From the NCBI GenBank assembly GCA_017427185.1, contig JAFRTJ010000052.1:43820-107819 (forward strand): DNA of 64,000 nucleotides, read 5' to 3'. This DNA comes from Bacteroidaceae bacterium. Lineage in GTDB: Bacteria > Bacteroidota > Bacteroidia > Bacteroidales > Bacteroidaceae. Both the position numbers and the translations under genes were made by a program. The notes under the pieces were generated by a model. It saw nothing but the letters and a program-made list of their open reading frames with translations. It made no database searches and had not been told where the DNA came from. This document shows positions 1 through 9,120 of the stretch, in pieces; position 1 is the stretch's first letter; each line of letters starts with the position of its first letter.

Positions 1-630
1 GATCTCATCGCAGATGAGGACGGTGCCCGTCTCGTCGCACAGTTTGCGCAGTCCCTGCATGAACTCAGCAGTGACCAGACGGATTCCTCCCACACCCTGG
101 ATGCACTCGATGATGCAGCACGCCACGTCGCCCTTGCGCAGCTCAGCCTCCCAGGCTGGCAGGTCGTTGAGGGGCAGGTAGGTGGCATGCCCATTGTCGT
201 TGATGGGTGCAATGATCTTGGGGTTGTTGGTGACCTCGACAGCCAAGCTGGTCCTGCCATGAAAGGCTTTCTCCAGCGAGAGGACACGCTTGCGGCCTGT
301 GTGGAAACTGGCCAGTTTCATCGCGTTCTCGTTGGCCTCAGCTCCAGAGTTTATCAGGAACAGGCTGTAGTCGTCGTAGCCGCTGGCCTTGCCCAACCTG
401 TGGGCCAATTCCACCTGCAGCTTGTTGACCACGCTGTTGCTGTAGAAACCCAGCTTCTGCAACTGGGCAGACATCATCTCGATATAGTGGGGATGGCAGT
501 GTCCTATGCTGATGACAGCATGACCGCCATAGAGATCGAGGTATTCAGTTCCCTCTGCATCCCAGACTTTGCATCCTTTTCCCTGGACGATGTTGATGGG
601 AAAGAGGGGATATACATTGAAAAGTTCCAT
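1..630 (-). CDS. argD: acetylornithine / N-succinylornithine aminotransferase, N-terminal part (the rest lies left of the window)
   Basis: Hand translation of the minus strand from the ATG at 628-630 gives MELFNVYPLFPINIVQGKGCKVWDAEGTEYLDLYGGHAVISIGHCHP...LINSGAEANENAMKLA. This is a class-III PLP aminotransferase N-terminus. The frame stays open to the window edge, and the gene sits next to argC/argG. Confidence 0.85.
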   Translation of the reverse strand, partial: MELFNVYPLFPINIVQGKGCKVWDAEGTEYLDLYGGHAVISIGHCHPHYIEMMSAQLQKLGFYSNSVVNKLQVELAHRLGKASGYDDYSLFLINSGAEANENAMKLASFHTGRKRVLSLEKAFHGRTSLAVEVTNNPKIIAPINDNGHATYLPLNDLPAWEAELRKGDVACCIIECIQGVGGIRLVTAEFMQGLRKLCDETGTVLICDEI

Positions 631-654
631 AGTTTTGTTTTCGTTTTCTTTTTT

Positions 655-1671
655 CTAAAATGCGGAAGCCTTGAGGGTGAGTCCTGCGCGCTCAGGGAGG
701 GCGAACATCAGGTTCATGTTCTCGATGGCCTGTCCCACGGCTCCCTTGAGAAGATTGTCGATGGTGGACGTGACCACCACCTTGCGCCCAAAGACCTCTG
801 TATGGACAAGGGCCTTGTTGGTGTTCACCACCTGCTTCATGTTGATGGATTTCTCGCTGTAGTGAGTGAAGGCAGCGTCCTGGTAGAATCCACGATAAAG
901 AGCGGCTATCTGCTCTGCATCCGCTTCCTGGTCGAGGGTGACCACCTCAGTGCAGAAGATGCCTCGTGTGAAATCCCCACGATAAGGGATGAAATCCAAC
1001 GTGATGCCCTGGGCAGAGAATCCTTCGTCGAGGGTGTCCACCATGTGAGGAGCGGAGGAGGGACGCAACTCGTTGAGTGTCTGGCAAATCTCATGCAGAT
1101 GCTGATGAGAGAAGAGCTTGTAGACACTGAAATTGTTGTCTCGCCAGCTGAAATGTGTAGTCGCGCTGGGTTTCTGTCCAGCCCCTGTGCTGCCTGTGAT
1201 GGCGTTGATGCTGACATCATGCGTCAGCAGTCCAGCCTTTGCCAGGGGGAGGAGTCCCAGTTGGATGCAGGTGGCGAAACAGCCAGGATTGGCGACGTGC
1301 TGCGCCTGACGGATCTGCTCGCGATGCGTCTCTGGCAGTCCGTAGACAAAATCGTGGTTGCCAGCGATGCGGAAATCCTGCGCTAGGTCGATGATCTTCA
1401 CATGGGAGGGTATCTCATGCTCGCGCAGGAATGTCTCGCTCTTGCCATGACCAAAGCAGAAGAAGACAACATCCGTCTGCTCCCAAGGCAATTCGCTCGT
1501 GAAGGAGAGGTCCGTCTCGCCCACCAGGCTCTCATGAACCTCGCTCACCAGGTTTCCTGCATTGCTCTCGCTGTTGGCAAAGGCAATCTCTGCGTAGGGA
1601 TGGTTGAGCAACAGCCTGATCAGTTCGCCGCCCGTATAGCCGGCAGCGCCCAATATTCCAACCTTCACCAT
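655..1671 (-). CDS. argC: N-acetyl-gamma-glutamyl-phosphate reductase
   Basis: 338-aa ORF. N-terminus MVKVGILGAAGYTGGELIRLL is a Rossmann motif, and GCFATC is the catalytic Cys motif typical of ArgC. Confidence 0.95.
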   Translation of the reverse strand: MVKVGILGAAGYTGGELIRLLLNHPYAEIAFANSESNAGNLVSEVHESLVGETDLSFTSELPWEQTDVVFFCFGHGKSETFLREHEIPSHVKIIDLAQDFRIAGNHDFVYGLPETHREQIRQAQHVANPGCFATCIQLGLLPLAKAGLLTHDVSINAITGSTGAGQKPSATTHFSWRDNNFSVYKLFSHQHLHEICQTLNELRPSSAPHMVDTLDEGFSAQGITLDFIPYRGDFTRGIFCTEVVTLDQEADAEQIAALYRGFYQDAAFTHYSEKSINMKQVVNTNKALVHTEVFGRKVVVTSTIDNLLKGAVGQAIENMNLMFALPERAGLTLKASAF

Positions 1672-1674
1672 GCC

Positions 1675-2874
1675 TTATCTCTCTTCGTCAGGATGAGCCA
1701 GATAATAGGCACGCAATGGGGTGGAGGTAACCTTGATGAAACCCTTGGCCTCGTCGCTGGTCCAGCCCTTAGCACCCTCGCCATACTCGCCCAGTTTGTT
1801 CTTCACCAGATCGTCAGGAGTGTCGCATCCTACGGTCTGGAAGCTGTAGGGACGCAACTCCAGTGTCACCTCGCCATTCACGTGGCGCTGGCTGCTCTCG
1901 AGCATCGCCTCGATGTCAGGCATGACAGGCTCGAGATACTGGCTCTCGTGGAGGAACATGCCATACCAGTTGGACACCTGGTCCTTCCAGTATTGCTGCC
2001 ACTTGGAGAGCGTGTACTTCTCAAGGAAGCGATGGGCACCAATGATCAGCATGGGAGCTGCAGCCTCGAAGCCTACACGTCCCTTGATGCCTATGATGGT
2101 GTCGCCCACGTGGCAATCGCGTCCGATGGCATAGGCTGCTCCAATCTTCTCTACAGCTTGGATGGACTCAATCCTGTCCTCGTACTTCGTGCCGTTGACA
2201 CTCACCAGCTCACCCTTCTCGAATCCCAGTTTCAGCAGTTCAGGCTCTTGTTTGGTGGGATGCTTGAGATAGGCACTCTCAGGAAGGCCCTGCTTGCTGT
2301 CGAGAATCTCGCCACCACAGATGCTGGTTCCCCAAATGCCTACGTTGTAGCTGTATTTCAGCTTGGTGAAATCGGCATTGAACCCATGGGCGTTGAGGTA
2401 ATCCACCTCTTCTTGGCGCGAGAGGTTCTTGTCGCGAGTCAGGGTAATGATCTCTACTCCAGGTGCCATGACGAGGAACGTCATGTCGAAACGAATCTGG
2501 TCGTTCCCTGCTCCTGTGCTGCCATGAGCGATGGCGCTTGCCCCAATCTCCTTAGCATAGCGTGCGATGGCCAGAGCCTGGAAGATGCGTTCAGAGGAGA
2601 CAGAGATGGGATAGCAATTGTTGCGAAGCACATTGCCATAGACCATGTAGCGAAGGCTCTTCTGGTAATATTCTTGGGTAACATCGAGAGTAACGTATTT
2701 CGTGGCGCCCAGCTTGTAGGCGTTTTCTTCGTTTGTCTTCAACTGTTCGTCACTGAAACCTCCCGTGTTGGCACATGCTGCATGAACCTCATAGCCCTCG
2801 TTGGCTAAATACATGACCGTATAACTGGTGTCTAATCCGCCGCTGTAAGCGACAACAACCTTTTTCTTTTCCAT
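1675..2874 (-). CDS. argG: argininosuccinate synthase
   Basis: 399-aa ORF. AYSGGLDTS is the ATP-binding motif, and the rest is ArgG-like throughout. Confidence 0.95.
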   Translation of the reverse strand: MEKKKVVVAYSGGLDTSYTVMYLANEGYEVHAACANTGGFSDEQLKTNEENAYKLGATKYVTLDVTQEYYQKSLRYMVYGNVLRNNCYPISVSSERIFQALAIARYAKEIGASAIAHGSTGAGNDQIRFDMTFLVMAPGVEIITLTRDKNLSRQEEVDYLNAHGFNADFTKLKYSYNVGIWGTSICGGEILDSKQGLPESAYLKHPTKQEPELLKLGFEKGELVSVNGTKYEDRIESIQAVEKIGAAYAIGRDCHVGDTIIGIKGRVGFEAAAPMLIIGAHRFLEKYTLSKWQQYWKDQVSNWYGMFLHESQYLEPVMPDIEAMLESSQRHVNGEVTLELRPYSFQTVGCDTPDDLVKNKLGEYGEGAKGWTSDEAKGFIKVTSTPLRAYYLAHPDEER

Positions 2875-2892
2875 ATTATATATAATAATGTA

Positions 2893-3516
2893 TTATCCGT
2901 TTATTTCCTTTTTCTCTGCCTTCTCGATTCTCCTGATTCTCTCCAGGACACTGTTGGGTATCTTGGCAGGCAGATACTCCTCAGGGTCGTAGAGCATGGC
3001 GGTGCAGATGCAGTACTTGCGTTGCGTACGATGGAGAACATCCACATTGATGCAGCCCTCGCATCCCCGCCAGAAAGCCTCGTCGTCTGTCAGGTCAGCA
3101 AAAGTCACAGGCTTGTAGCCCAATTGGGTGTTCATTGCCATTACGGCAGCACCACTCGTCAGAGAGAATATCTTGGCGTGTGGCCATCGTGTGCGCGCCA
3201 AGGAGAATGTCATGTCCTTGATGCGTTTGGCGAGTCCCAAACCACGATAGTTGGGGTGCACGATCAGACCTGATGTGGTAACATATTCCTTGTTGCCCCA
3301 CGTCTCGATATAGCTGAATCCAGCGAATGTCTCACCGTCGAGGGCGATTACAGCCTTGGCCTCACGCATCTTGGCAGTCAAGTATTCATGCGTTCGCTTG
3401 GCGATACCTGTCCCACGGACCTTTGCTGCGTCCTCGATTGTCTTCAGGATGGTGTCGACATATTTCTCGTGGCTTTCGTCTGCCACTACCACCTTTATAG
3501 CTGTTTTGTTAGCCAT
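2893..3516 (-). CDS. GNAT-family N-acyltransferase of the arginine cluster (probable glutamate N-acyltransferase)
   Basis: 207-aa ORF with a GNAT core (IVHPNYRGLGLAKRI). It lies between argR and argG, as in Bacteroidota arg operons. Confidence 0.75.
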   Translation of the reverse strand: MANKTAIKVVVADESHEKYVDTILKTIEDAAKVRGTGIAKRTHEYLTAKMREAKAVIALDGETFAGFSYIETWGNKEYVTTSGLIVHPNYRGLGLAKRIKDMTFSLARTRWPHAKIFSLTSGAAVMAMNTQLGYKPVTFADLTDDEAFWRGCEGCINVDVLHRTQRKYCICTAMLYDPEEYLPAKIPNSVLERIRRIEKAEKKEING

Positions 3517-3557
3517 TTTCTTTTATGAGATAAAGATATGTGAGAAAAATGAGAGGG

Positions 3558-4028
3558 TTAATTCAATTGTGGCAGGAGCCGCTGCATCTGGTAAATTACT
3601 TCTTCGCGGTCTGCGTCCTCTGTCAGGATAATCAGCACCGTATCGTCTCCTGCAACAGACCCTAGTATCATGGAGTTCTCAGTAGAGTCTATGTCGTAGG
3701 CAACCATTCCTGCATGGCCAGGCGGTGTGTGGATGACCAGCAGATTGTTGGAGGCTCGAATGTTCCACTTCGTGTTGTTGATTTCTTTCTGGGTGGGAAC
3801 TGGCACGAACTGCCCCTCACGTGGCAGAGCGTAGACGGAGTGTCCGTTCCGCCCGCGAACCTTACTTATACGCAACTGCTTCAGATCACGGCTGAGAGTG
3901 GCCTGTCCGCATGGGAATCCTGCCTTGTCAAGCTCGATGAGCAATTCCTCTTGACTCTCTACGTGCTGAGAGCTTACGATCATGCGTATTACCTGAAGTC
4001 TCGTTTTCTTGTTTTGCTTATCCTGCAT
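3558..4028 (-). CDS. argR: arginine repressor
   Basis: The ORF is ArgR-like (winged-helix N-terminus QATLSRDLKQL, C-terminal GTVAGDDT-type motif SVAGDDTVLII). The start is set at the internal ATG at 4026-4028 because a minus-strand TAtcTTTG box (4049-4056) lies inside the longer ORF. Confidence 0.85.
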   Translation of the reverse strand: MQDKQNKKTRLQVIRMIVSSQHVESQEELLIELDKAGFPCGQATLSRDLKQLRISKVRGRNGHSVYALPREGQFVPVPTQKEINNTKWNIRASNNLLVIHTPPGHAGMVAYDIDSTENSMILGSVAGDDTVLIILTEDADREEVIYQMQRLLPQLN

Positions 4029-4048
4029 AAATTTCCAGTTTTGTGGTG

Positions 4049-4056
4049 CAAAGATA
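4049..4056 (-). promoter_or_regulatory. Bacteroidota -7 box (TAtcTTTG) for argR
   Basis: The plus strand reads caaagata. This is 21 nt upstream of the ATG at 4028. Confidence 0.55.
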
Positions 4057-4146
4057 CAACTTTTTTGCATATAAACCGCATATTTGACGAATAAAATATG
4101 AATAACAACAAAAAAACGTTAGGAAGTATCCGATGTTTTAGTCGTG

Positions 4147-4219
4147 TGGTGTCACCAGGAATCGAACTGGGAACGCAAGGATTTTCAGTCCTTTGCTCTA
4201 TCAACTGAGCTATGACACC
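4147..4219 (-). tRNA. tRNA-Phe (GAA)
   Basis: The reverse complement folds by hand: acceptor GGTGTCA/TGACACC, D arm GCTC-AGTTGATA-GAGC, anticodon arm AAGGA-CTGAAAA-TCCTT. The T arm is irregular (see findings). Confidence 0.8.
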
Positions 4220-4325
4220 GTCAGATTTTGGCTGCAAAGGTAAAGATAAAAAATATTAGCACAATATTTTGTTGGCAAAATATAAAATTCTTTATCCTTT
4301 CATTCGATATCCAACGAAAAGTTTG

Positions 4326-4333
4326 TATATTTG
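4326..4333 (+). promoter_or_regulatory. Bacteroidota -7 box (TAtaTTTG) upstream of tRNA-Pro/upxY
   Basis: Exact TAnnTTTG match 20 nt upstream of the mature tRNA 5' end. Confidence 0.55.
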
Positions 4334-4353
4334 CATTCGTTTATTGCAAGATT

Positions 4354-4426
4354 CGGATAGTAGCGCAGTTGGTAGCGTACTACGTTCGGGACGTAGGGGT
4401 CGGGAGTTCGAGTCTCCTCTATCCGA
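4354..4426 (+). tRNA. tRNA-Pro (CGG)
   Basis: Clean cloverleaf: acceptor CGGATAG/CTATCCG, D arm GCGC-AGTTGGTA-GCGT, anticodon arm CTACG-TTCGGGA-CGTAG, T arm GGGAG-TTCGAGT-CTCCT. Length 73 nt. Confidence 0.95.
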
Positions 4427-4430
4427 CAAA

Positions 4431-4982
4431 ATGGGAAATCTGACTTCTGAGCTTCAATGGTTTGCAATGCGTGTAACCTATCGTCGTGAGCTGAAAGTGC
4501 AGGATATGCTGCATGAAGCTCAGGTGGAGACTTTTATCCCCATGAAGATTGTCAAGAAGAAGTGTTTCGGACGGGTAAAGGTCATGAAAGCTCCTGCCAT
4601 CAGTAGTCTGATATTTGTTCATACCACCAAAGATTTTATACAGGAATTCAAGAAGGATGTGCCTTATCTGCAGTATATGATAACGCGCGAGAGCGACAGG
4701 TCTTATCCAACCATTGTTCCTGAAAAGCAGATGCAGGATTTCATTGGCGTGTGTGGCAGCGAGGATGAGAGGCTGTTGTTTATGGATCCATCCACTTTGA
4801 AGCTGAATCCAGGTCAGCGGGTTCGTGTTCTGGCTGGTCCATGTGCAGGTATGATTGGTACCTTCCAGCGCGTGAAGGGTGCGAGGGAGAAGCGTTTCAT
4901 CATCAGTGTGCCTGGTGTGATAGCTGTCATTACTGCATCCGTTTTGCCAAGTCAAGTCATGTTGTTGAAAGACGACGAATAA
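4431..4982 (+). CDS. UpxY-family (NusG-like) transcription antiterminator
   Basis: MGNLTSELQWFAMRVTYRRELKV... is the typical UpxY/NusG NGN N-terminus, and a KOW-like region (GQRVRVLAGPCAGMIGTF) follows. The track ORF (4269-) is an artefact that runs through the tRNA. The start is set at the ATG at 4431. Confidence 0.85.
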   Translation: MGNLTSELQWFAMRVTYRRELKVQDMLHEAQVETFIPMKIVKKKCFGRVKVMKAPAISSLIFVHTTKDFIQEFKKDVPYLQYMITRESDRSYPTIVPEKQMQDFIGVCGSEDERLLFMDPSTLKLNPGQRVRVLAGPCAGMIGTFQRVKGAREKRFIISVPGVIAVITASVLPSQVMLLKDDE

Positions 4983-5017
4983 ACTGTTGTTGGGCTTCAG
5001 TTTTGAGAGGAAAAGAG

Positions 5018-6112
5018 ATGAGATACTCTGTGATCATACCAGTTTACAATCGCCCTGACGAAGTCGATGAGTTGTTGGGTAGTCTTGTGAGTCAGACTTT
5101 TCAGGACTTTGAGGTTGTGGTCGTGGAGGATGGTTCCTCAATTCCTTGCCAGGAGGTGGTGAATCGATATGGGAACAGCCTCGACGTGAAATACTTCACT
5201 AAACCAAATTCTGGACCAGGGCAGACGAGAAATCATGGCGCAGAGCGTAGCCAAGGGGAGTATCTGATCTTTTTGGACAGTGATTGTGTCTTGCCCTCAG
5301 GGTATCTGCAAGCAGTGGAGAACGAGTTGAGGAAGAATCCTTGCGAAGCCTTTGGCGGGCCAGACAGAGCACATGAGTCATTCACTCCTGTGCAGAAGTC
5401 CATCAACTACAGCATGACGAGTTTCTTCACTACAGGTGGAATCAGAGGTGGCAAGAGGAAACTGGACAAATTCTATCCGCGTTCGTTCAATATGGGCATT
5501 CGTGCGGATTTGTATCGCCAGCTGGGAGGTTTCAGCAAGATGCGATTTGGCGAGGACATTGACCTGAGTATCCGTATCTTCAAAAGTGGAGCAGCCTGTC
5601 GACTCTTTCCTGATGCATGGGTATGGCATAAGCGCCGCACGGACATGAAAAAGTTTTTCAAGCAAGTGCACAACAGTGGCATCGCACGAATCAATCTCTA
5701 TAAGAGATATCCTGAAAGCCTGAAACTGGTCCATCTCTTGCCTGCTTTTTTCACCTTGGGAGTTGGTCTCCTCTTGCTGATGGCTTTGCTGGGATTGCTA
5801 TTCCTCCTATTGAGCGTTGTGGCTTTGCATCGCATCCAAACACCCTCTTGTGTTACAGGACCTATGATGGGAGTATTCTTGGGGGTAACCTTGATGGGCG
5901 TTGCCCTGTTGCCCCTTCTGCTTTATGCACTGATTGTCTTTCTTGATGGTGCTGTGAGGAACAGGAACTTGAAGATAGGCCTTTTGAGTGTATTATCCAG
6001 TTTTACTCAGTTGCTTGGCTATGGCACAGGATTCCTGCGTGCCTGGTGGTTGCGTTGCGTGTGTGGCAGGAATGAGGATCTGCAGGCTTTTAAGGAGAAC
6101 TTTTACGAATGA
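5018..6112 (+). CDS. family-2 glycosyltransferase with C-terminal membrane domain
   Basis: MRYSVIIPVYNRPDEVDELL...VVVEDGSS...FLDSDC are GT2 motifs. The C-terminal third is hydrophobic. The start is taken at the internal ATG (codon 60 of the track ORF). Confidence 0.85.
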   Translation: MRYSVIIPVYNRPDEVDELLGSLVSQTFQDFEVVVVEDGSSIPCQEVVNRYGNSLDVKYFTKPNSGPGQTRNHGAERSQGEYLIFLDSDCVLPSGYLQAVENELRKNPCEAFGGPDRAHESFTPVQKSINYSMTSFFTTGGIRGGKRKLDKFYPRSFNMGIRADLYRQLGGFSKMRFGEDIDLSIRIFKSGAACRLFPDAWVWHKRRTDMKKFFKQVHNSGIARINLYKRYPESLKLVHLLPAFFTLGVGLLLLMALLGLLFLLLSVVALHRIQTPSCVTGPMMGVFLGVTLMGVALLPLLLYALIVFLDGAVRNRNLKIGLLSVLSSFTQLLGYGTGFLRAWWLRCVCGRNEDLQAFKENFYE

Positions 6113-6792
6113 AGACAATTAAAGACTGGGCATCAGACGATAGGCCACGCGAGAAGATGATTGCGAAAGGCGCAGAATCTCTCTCCAACGCAGAATTGAT
6201 GGCAATTCTGATAGGAAGTGGTATCCCTGGTATCTCTGCTGTGGATTTGATGCGTCAGATCTTGGGAGATTATAACGATAGCCTGAAACTGCTTGGACGA
6301 GCTACTTTGAAAGACCTGATGAAATACAAGGGCATGGGTGAGGCTAAGGCTATCACAGTGTTGGCTGCCTGTCAATTGGCCCAGCGTCGGCTCTCAGAAA
6401 ACGTTCATGAGAAGAAACGTATCTCATCTTCTCGCGATGTGTATGATTTCTTCTTGCCCTTGATGCAGGACTTGTCGATTGAGGAATGCCATCTGTTACT
6501 CTTGCGTCAGAACCTGACAGTCATTGGTGAGACACTCCTGAGCAAAGGAGGAATCACAGGGACAGCGGTTGATATTCGCCTGGCAATGAAAAGGGCTATC
6601 TTATCGGATGCTCCAGTGGTGGCGTTGTGTCATAATCATCCCAGTGGAAGTACGAATCCAAGTACTCAGGATGACCACTTGACGCACGAGTTGTTTCAGG
6701 CTTGTCGCTTGATGAACATCCATTTGCTGGATCACGTGATTCTGGCAGATGGGGATTTCTATAGTTACTCAGAAAATGGAAGACTGCAGTAA
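6109..6792 (+). CDS. radC: RadC-family JAB/MPN domain protein
   Basis: N-terminus DRPREKM...LSNAELMAILIGSG and the HNHPSG JAMM motif. It overlaps the GT2 stop by 4 nt. Confidence 0.9.
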   Translation: MKTIKDWASDDRPREKMIAKGAESLSNAELMAILIGSGIPGISAVDLMRQILGDYNDSLKLLGRATLKDLMKYKGMGEAKAITVLAACQLAQRRLSENVHEKKRISSSRDVYDFFLPLMQDLSIEECHLLLLRQNLTVIGETLLSKGGITGTAVDIRLAMKRAILSDAPVVALCHNHPSGSTNPSTQDDHLTHELFQACRLMNIHLLDHVILADGDFYSYSENGRLQ

Positions 6793-6802
6793 AAGAACGA
6801 AA

Positions 6803-7138
6803 ATGAAAGAAGCGATGGACATTGAACTCCGCCAGAAAACAGAGGAAAGGATCATAGAGGTCTTACGAACTGTCTATGACCCGGAAATTCCTGTGAACAT
6901 ATATGATTTGGGACTGATATATCGTATTGAATTGAACAGTGATGCAACAGAATTGGCTGTCGACATGACATTAACGGCTCCCAACTGTCCTGCTGCTGAC
7001 TTCATCATGGAGGATGTACGTCAGAAACTGGAGACGATACAAGACTTGAAGAAGGTGGATGTCACCCTGGTTTTTGAGCCAGAGTGGGACAAGGATATGA
7101 TGAGCGAGGAGGCAAAACTGGAACTTGGCTTGATTTAG
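6803..7138 (+). CDS. DUF59 / SufT-like Fe-S assembly protein
   Basis: VYDPEIPVNIYDLGLIY...TLTAPNCPA is the MIP18/DUF59 signature. The start is set at the ATG at 6803. Confidence 0.8.
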   Translation: MKEAMDIELRQKTEERIIEVLRTVYDPEIPVNIYDLGLIYRIELNSDATELAVDMTLTAPNCPAADFIMEDVRQKLETIQDLKKVDVTLVFEPEWDKDMMSEEAKLELGLI

Positions 7139-7141
7139 GTG

Positions 7142-7906
7142 ATGAAGAACATATACTTTATTTCGGATGCTCATTTGGGCTCGTGGGCCATTCCCCACCA
7201 TCGGCAGCAAGAGAGACGTTTGGTTCGATTTCTTGATGAGATAAAGAATCGAGCCAGCGCTGTCTATCTTCTGGGCGACATGTTCGACTTCTGGTATGAA
7301 TACAAGATGGTTGTCCCTCGTGGATTCACCCGTTTCTTAGGAAAAGTCAGCGAGCTGACGGATATGGGCGTAGAAGTCCATTATTTCACTGGCAATCATG
7401 ATATTTGGTGCAGGGATTATTTGCAGGAGGAATGTGGAATCATCCTCCATCGAGAACCTATCACGATTGAATTGGCCGACAAGGTGTTTTATCTGGCTCA
7501 TGGAGACGGGCTTGGAGATCCAGACTGGAAGTTCAAGATAATTCGTGCTGCCTTCCATAGTAAGATCTGCCAGACGCTCTTCAGCAGCATTCACCCACGT
7601 TGGGGAATGCAGTTTGGCTTGACTTGGGCCAAGCATAGTCGCCAGAAAAGAGGGAACATGGGGGAACCGCTCTATATGGGAGAGGATAAGGAATGTCTGG
7701 TCCTCTACGCAAAGAAATATCTGCGGGAGCATCCAGATGTGAACTATTTCCTATTCGGCCATCGACACATCGAATTGGATTTGATGTTGAGTAAACAGTG
7801 CCGCCTTCTCATCCTGGGCGACTGGATAAGTCAGTTCACTTATGCAGTGTACGATGGAGAGAATATGTTTATGGAGAATTATGTGGAAGGAGAGACCCTG
7901 GTTTAA
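7142..7906 (+). CDS. lpxH: UDP-2,3-diacylglucosamine diphosphatase
   Basis: Calcineurin-like motifs ISDAHLG, LLGDMFDFW, GNHD and GHRH. The length and context fit LpxH. Confidence 0.85.
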   Translation: MKNIYFISDAHLGSWAIPHHRQQERRLVRFLDEIKNRASAVYLLGDMFDFWYEYKMVVPRGFTRFLGKVSELTDMGVEVHYFTGNHDIWCRDYLQEECGIILHREPITIELADKVFYLAHGDGLGDPDWKFKIIRAAFHSKICQTLFSSIHPRWGMQFGLTWAKHSRQKRGNMGEPLYMGEDKECLVLYAKKYLREHPDVNYFLFGHRHIELDLMLSKQCRLLILGDWISQFTYAVYDGENMFMENYVEGETLV

Positions 7907-9093
7907 ACCAAGGCCTCTGTATCCATTGCAATCATCAGTTCTTCGTCCGTAGGAATGCAGCAGACGGTCACCTTGCTTTCGTCTGCAGAAAGAATCGCTT
8001 CCGTAGCTCGACAGCCGCGGTTTCTCTTCTCGTCCATCTTGATGCCCATGAATTCCAATCCTGTAGTGGCACCCTCGCGGACTTCCCATTGATTCTCGCC
8101 AGCACCACCAGTAAACACGATGATGTCTACGCCACCCATTGCAGCGGCATATTGGCCAATGTATTTCTTGATGCGATAGGTGTACATCTCTTTTGCCAGA
8201 CGTGCCTTGTCATTCCCTGCTGCGATGCCAGCCAGAATATCACGAAAATCGCTTGACAGTTCGCTTACGCCAGCCAGTCCTGATTTCTTGTTTAGAAGGT
8301 TGCTTAACCCCTTGGTGTCGAGATTCAGCTTATCCATCAGGAATGTCACAGCGCCAGCATCGATGTCTCCAGAGCGGGTTCCCATGATAAGACCTTCCAG
8401 GGGTGTAAGGCCCATTGAGGTGTCCACGCATTTGCCATCTTTCACAGCAGCGATGCTGGCACCATTGCCAATGTGGCAGGTAATGATCTTCTTTCCCTCT
8501 GCTTGAATGCCCAGGTATTCGCAGACACGTTGAGAAACATAACGATGGCTGGTTCCGTGGAAGCCATAGCGACGTACACCATATTTCTTGTACAACTCGT
8601 AAGGAAGGGCATACATGTATGCGTAATCTGGCATCGTCTGATGGAAGGCTGTGTCGAACACGCCAACCTGAGGAATGTCAGGCAACAATGTTTTCACTGC
8701 ATTTACTCCCTTGATGTTGGCTGGGTTGTGCAGAGGAGCCAAGTCATTGCAGGCTGCGAACTCTTCCATGACTTCAGGAGTCAGCAGCACAGATTTGTTG
8801 AACTTCTCTCCACCATGCACCATGCGATGACCTACGGCATCCAGTTCGCTCAGGTTCTTCAGTACAGCATAGTCTCCTTGAGTGAGAACCTCGAAGATGT
8901 ATTCCACACCAGCTGTGTGCTCGCTGATGGGATGTTCAATCTTATGCTTCTCACCATTGAGTTTTATGGTGATGAAGGAGTCGGGCATTCCTATCTTCTC
9001 AATACCTCCACTCGTGATGACAGACTTGTCTGTCATGTCATACAATGCATATTTAATGGAACTGCTTCCGCAGTTCAGTACAAGAATTTTCAT
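7903..9093 (-). CDS. ackA: acetate kinase
   Basis: MKILVLNCGSSSIKY... and GFHGTSH are canonical AckA motifs. Confidence 0.95.
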   Translation of the reverse strand: MKILVLNCGSSSIKYALYDMTDKSVITSGGIEKIGMPDSFITIKLNGEKHKIEHPISEHTAGVEYIFEVLTQGDYAVLKNLSELDAVGHRMVHGGEKFNKSVLLTPEVMEEFAACNDLAPLHNPANIKGVNAVKTLLPDIPQVGVFDTAFHQTMPDYAYMYALPYELYKKYGVRRYGFHGTSHRYVSQRVCEYLGIQAEGKKIITCHIGNGASIAAVKDGKCVDTSMGLTPLEGLIMGTRSGDIDAGAVTFLMDKLNLDTKGLSNLLNKKSGLAGVSELSSDFRDILAGIAAGNDKARLAKEMYTYRIKKYIGQYAAAMGGVDIIVFTGGAGENQWEVREGATTGLEFMGIKMDEKRNRGCRATEAILSADESKVTVCCIPTDEELMIAMDTEALV

Positions 9094-9120
9094 TGTTCTT
9101 TCTTTTCTGTTTACCTATTA

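Noticed and set aside
4269-4430. N-terminal extension of the UpxY ORF, and the 82-aa ORF at 3989-4237
   Set aside because: Both run through tRNA genes (tRNA-Pro and tRNA-Phe), so they are artefacts of open frames across tRNAs.
7895-7915. The convergent lpxH and ackA stop codons share TTAA inside the 12-bp palindrome TGGTTTAAACCA
   Set aside because: The palindrome can form at most a 4-bp stem. This is probably coincidental overlap of two TAA stops and not a credible terminator or regulatory site.
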